A stretch of DNA of 10,833 bases from NCBI GenBank assembly GCA_048938025.1, contig JBHLMP010000077.1, forward strand, positions 1 through 10,833. Direction: 5' to 3'. The DNA is from Promethearchaeota archaeon (GTDB lineage: Archaea > Asgardarchaeota > Lokiarchaeia > Sigyniarchaeales > SOKP01). Positions 7,578-10,833 of this stretch are shown one piece after another (position 1 is the stretch's first letter; every line of letters starts with the position of its first letter). Under the pieces are notes generated by a model. That model was not told the DNA's origin. It was given only the letters and a program-made list of their open reading frames with translations, and searched no databases. A program made the position numbers and the translations under genes.

Positions 7578-8879
7578 ATGCAAAAACCTTCTAAATTTAA
7601 AGTACAAGCCATTAATGATGAAATTTTAGTCAAGTTAAGTTTGAAAAATAGATATAATTTTGTAAACAGTAATTTAATGCCTATTTTAACGCAAGATGAG
7701 TTTGATTTTCTAAAGAAGGTCCAGCAATTTTGCTTAAAGTTTGAAAAAGATAACAATATCACCCATGGACCTGAAGAAGATATATATGATTGGATCCCCG
7801 CTTTTGGAGCAGAAGGTTATATTACCCGTCAACATGCTTTTAAATGCATTGATTTAAATTATGAAAAATATGGATTTATTGCTGACTTTTTAAGAGTACT
7901 CGCACTAGATATATTTGATCCACAATTTGCTATGAGTGGCGGAGCCACAGTAATTTGTATTAATCCAATTTATGAACATCATGAAAATTTGCCGATTAGA
8001 TTGGATGCATTGAAACAATTAGTTACTGGTAAAACACCTGGATGTTTATTGATTACAGAACCAGAAAGAGGATCTGATGCGGTCCATATGTTAACTACTT
8101 GCGAGGAACAAGATGATGGTAGTTTCATTTTAAATGGAGAAAAAATTTACAATACCAATGCACCAAAAGCAAAATGGGCTGTAGCATATGCTACTGCCGA
8201 AAAAAACAACGGAAATATGATGGCTCAATTCTTAATTAATACTGATTGGGATGGTTGGCATTGTGAGAGAGTTGGAATCCCCTGGGTTCCTAAATTATAT
8301 TTAGGAAAAGAGCATCTTGAAAATCTACGTGTTCCGAAAGAATATATTCTTGGGGGAGTTGGAAAAGGAAGAGAATATCTTTTCGAAGGCTTAGTACCTG
8401 AAAGAGTTGCAATAGCCATGAGAGGTATAAGTGAATGTTGGGGCGCCTTATCACATGCATTTATCTATTCGAATTTAAGAAAGCAATTTGACCAAGAAAT
8501 CCTAAAATTCCAAGGAGTTGGCTTTCTTTTAACAGATCTATGGGCTAAAACCACGAATTTAACTTTAGCTATGCTTAAGTATTGTGAAGTTTATGATGAA
8601 AAAATGAAAAAATATGGAGGAGATTTACCCCAGCCTATTTCTCAATCAATGGTGGCAAATGCATCTCAATTTAAATATCAGGCAGCGCTGTTATCTAAAA
8701 AAGTTTGTTATGAATGCGCTAATTTAATGGGTGGAGCTGGTCTTTGTGATAATACATTAATGCACGATTATTTAAATATCTCTAGAATACAAGAAATTAT
8801 TGGTGGCTCAAGACAGATTCAACAATATATCATGTCCCTAAATTTAAGAAGAATGTATAGATCACTTGAAACTTTCTAA
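7578..8879 (+). CDS. Acyl-CoA dehydrogenase (tandem copy 1)
   Basis: LITEPERGSDA, FILNGEKIYNTNA, RKQFDQEILKFQGV, LMGGAG, EIIGGSRQIQ. ATG 7578 is preferred to GTG 7566 because it matches the paralog starts better. Confidence 0.93.
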   Translation: MQKPSKFKVQAINDEILVKLSLKNRYNFVNSNLMPILTQDEFDFLKKVQQFCLKFEKDNNITHGPEEDIYDWIPAFGAEGYITRQHAFKCIDLNYEKYGFIADFLRVLALDIFDPQFAMSGGATVICINPIYEHHENLPIRLDALKQLVTGKTPGCLLITEPERGSDAVHMLTTCEEQDDGSFILNGEKIYNTNAPKAKWAVAYATAEKNNGNMMAQFLINTDWDGWHCERVGIPWVPKLYLGKEHLENLRVPKEYILGGVGKGREYLFEGLVPERVAIAMRGISECWGALSHAFIYSNLRKQFDQEILKFQGVGFLLTDLWAKTTNLTLAMLKYCEVYDEKMKKYGGDLPQPISQSMVANASQFKYQAALLSKKVCYECANLMGGAGLCDNTLMHDYLNISRIQEIIGGSRQIQQYIMSLNLRRMYRSLETF

Positions 8880-9097
8880 TCGTAAAATTAGTGTTTTTTT
8901 CTATTTATTTCCTTGCAAGATAGATAAACAAATAAAAAGAACTTATAATTTGATATTAATATTTACACAGAAAAAAGAAACTATTTAAAGAAAACCAATG
9001 ATATTTATTTTATCTAAATATAATAAATAACATAATTATTCTCTTTTAACAATTAAATTTAAAATTAAATAAGTAATCAAAAAAATGTGTTCAAAAA

Positions 9098-10393
9098 ATG
9101 TCTAATAAAAAATTTGAAGTTCAGGCTATAAATGATGAAATTCTTGAGAAATTGAGCCTTAAAAATAGATATAAATTTCTCTATTCCAATTTATTGGGGA
9201 TCCTTTCTACTGAAGAATTAGATTTTTTCAAAGAAGTTCAGAAATTTTGTCTTAATTATGAAAAGAATAATAATATTACTCATGGCCCACATGAAGATAT
9301 TTATAAGTGGATTCCTGATTTTGGAAAGGCGGGATATGTTTGTAGAGCTCATAAATTTGAAGAATTGGATCTTAATTATGAACCTCATGGTTTAATGGCT
9401 GAATTTCTTAAGACACTTGCAGTTGATAATTTTGATCCTCAGTTCACGATGGGTGCAGGAGCAACTATATTAGCTATTAACCCTATTCAAGCTCATCATG
9501 AAAAAATGCCAGAAAGGCTTGATGCATTAAGAGAATTAGTTACTGGTCAGGCTCCAGGATGTATATGCATAACAGAACCTGAACGAGGTTCGGATGCAGT
9601 ACATATGTTAACAACCTGCGAACAACAGGACGATGGAAGTTATTTATTAAATGGCACTAAAATTTTTAATACCAATGCCCCTAAAGCAAAATGGGCAGTA
9701 GTATATGCAACTGAAGAACAAAATAACGGGAATAAAATGGCTCAATTTTTAGTTAATACCTCCTGGGATGGGTGGTTCTGTGAAAGAGTTAATATTCCCT
9801 GGGTCCCTAAAGTTTATTTAGGTAAAGAGACTCTAACTAACCTTCGAGTTCCAAAAGAATATATCTTAGGTGGTGTAGGAAAGGGTCGTGAACACCTTTT
9901 TGAGGGTCTTGTTCCTGAAAGAATTGGAATAGGAATTAAAAGCTTATGTGAATGTTGGGGATCAATAGCTCATGCTATTATTTATGCTAATATGAGAAAA
10001 CAATTTGACCAAGAAATTTTGAAATTTCAAGGAGTAGGTTTTCTTTTAACTGATTTTTGGGCTAAAACTACAAATTTAACTCGTGCTATGGTACAATTCT
10101 GTAAATTTTATGATAATTTAGTCGAAAAGTTCGGGGGTGATGCTAATATTCCTACGAGTTTTCGTCATGGTATGGTCGCTAATGCTTCACAACTAAAATA
10201 TGAGGCAACTTCTCTTTCGGAGAAAATTTGTTATGAAGCTGGAAATCTTATGGGTGGAGCAGGTCTATGTGATAATACTTTAATGCATGATTATATAAAT
10301 ATGTCCAGAATTGGTGAAATTGTGGGAGGTTCAAGACAGATTCAACAATACATTATGAGCATGAGTCTCCGCCAACTTTTTAAAATACTATAG
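9098..10393 (+). CDS. Acyl-CoA dehydrogenase (tandem copy 2)
   Basis: CITEPERGSDA, YLLNGTKIFNTNA, RKQFDQEILKFQGV, LMGGAG, EIVGGSRQIQ. Colinear with copy 1. Confidence 0.93.
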   Translation: MSNKKFEVQAINDEILEKLSLKNRYKFLYSNLLGILSTEELDFFKEVQKFCLNYEKNNNITHGPHEDIYKWIPDFGKAGYVCRAHKFEELDLNYEPHGLMAEFLKTLAVDNFDPQFTMGAGATILAINPIQAHHEKMPERLDALRELVTGQAPGCICITEPERGSDAVHMLTTCEQQDDGSYLLNGTKIFNTNAPKAKWAVVYATEEQNNGNKMAQFLVNTSWDGWFCERVNIPWVPKVYLGKETLTNLRVPKEYILGGVGKGREHLFEGLVPERIGIGIKSLCECWGSIAHAIIYANMRKQFDQEILKFQGVGFLLTDFWAKTTNLTRAMVQFCKFYDNLVEKFGGDANIPTSFRHGMVANASQLKYEATSLSEKICYEAGNLMGGAGLCDNTLMHDYINMSRIGEIVGGSRQIQQYIMSMSLRQLFKIL

Positions 10394-10428
10394 AATTAAG
10401 AGAGAATAGATTCTTAGTAATTTAAATC

Positions 10429-10449
10429 CTTCTTTTTTCTTTTTTTTTT
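10429..10449 (+). terminator. Putative archaeal oligo-T terminator
   Basis: TTTCTTTTTTCTTTTTTTTTT about 35 nt after the ACAD copy 2 stop codon. Confidence 0.55.
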
Positions 10450-10533
10450 GAAAAAAAGTTTTAAAACATTATCTATATTCTACTATGTAATTAATTAAAA
10501 TTTGATAATATTTATCTAATTGTGTAAATAAGA

Positions 10534-10833
10534 ATGTCGAGCAAAAAATTTAAAGTTCAAGCCATTAATGATGAAATTCTTGATAAATTTAGTCTAAAGA
10601 ATCGATATAATTTCTTGAATAATAACCTAACTCCAATACTTTCACAAAAGGAATTTAATTTCTTACGGGAAGTCCAAAGATTTTGTTTACGCTTTGAAAA
10701 GAAAAACGATATCATTCATGGACCCGATGAAGATGTATATGATTGGATCCCCGCTTTTGGAGAACAAGGATATATCACTCGTCAACATTCATTTGATATG
10801 GTTGATGTAGTTTATGAAAACTGGGGTTTGGCA
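10534..10833 (+). CDS. Acyl-CoA dehydrogenase (tandem copy 3), 5' part only, truncated by the window end; absent from the ORF track
   Basis: ATG 10534 opens 100 uninterrupted codons: MSSKKFKVQAINDEILDKFSLKNRYNFLNNNLTPILSQKEFNFLREVQRFCLRFEKKNDIIHGPDEDVYDWIPAFGEQGYITRQHSFDMVDVVYENWGLA. This aligns with the N-termini of copies 1 and 2. Confidence 0.9.
   Translation, partial: MSSKKFKVQAINDEILDKFSLKNRYNFLNNNLTPILSQKEFNFLREVQRFCLRFEKKNDIIHGPDEDVYDWIPAFGEQGYITRQHSFDMVDVVYENWGLA

Noticed and set aside
7502-7762. 86-aa hydrophobic minus-strand ORF
   Set aside because: Overlaps the ACAD copy 1 start and promoter. Its Phe/Leu richness comes from A-tracts on the plus strand.
8225-8419. 64-aa minus-strand ORF
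   Set aside because: Antisense shadow inside ACAD copy 1.
10440-10466. T-run/A-run inverted repeat as a hairpin or mobile-element end
   Set aside because: Low-complexity A/T only. It is better explained as an oligo-T terminator next to a promoter.
1-10833. CRISPR array, tRNA/rRNA, IS element or structured ncRNA
   Set aside because: I saw no regularly spaced repeats, GC-rich structured islands, or transposase/integrase ORFs. The only long repeats noticed are between ACAD paralogs. A covariance-model search was not possible.

Overview
This AT-rich window looks like a Lokiarchaeia-type Asgard archaeal chromosome. That is an inference from unprenylated Rab-like GTPases, a tungsten AOR-family enzyme and expanded acyl-CoA dehydrogenases. 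Gene order: Rab-like small GTPase (+), aldehyde:ferredoxin oxidoreductase (-), WCPDC thioredoxin-like protein, DUF4139-type protein, class I SAM methyltransferase, a second Rab-like GTPase, a very acidic 70-aa four-Cys protein, and three tandem acyl-CoA dehydrogenase paralogs (the third runs off the window). The standout is the 6191..7027 GTPase. It is circularly permuted (motif order G3-G4-G5-G1-G2, each motif once) and ends in a polybasic linker plus a C-terminal transmembrane anchor. The AOR reading frame also extends 45 codons past the annotated start, to an ATA codon at the expected Met position. I saw no RNA genes, CRISPR arrays or mobile elements.
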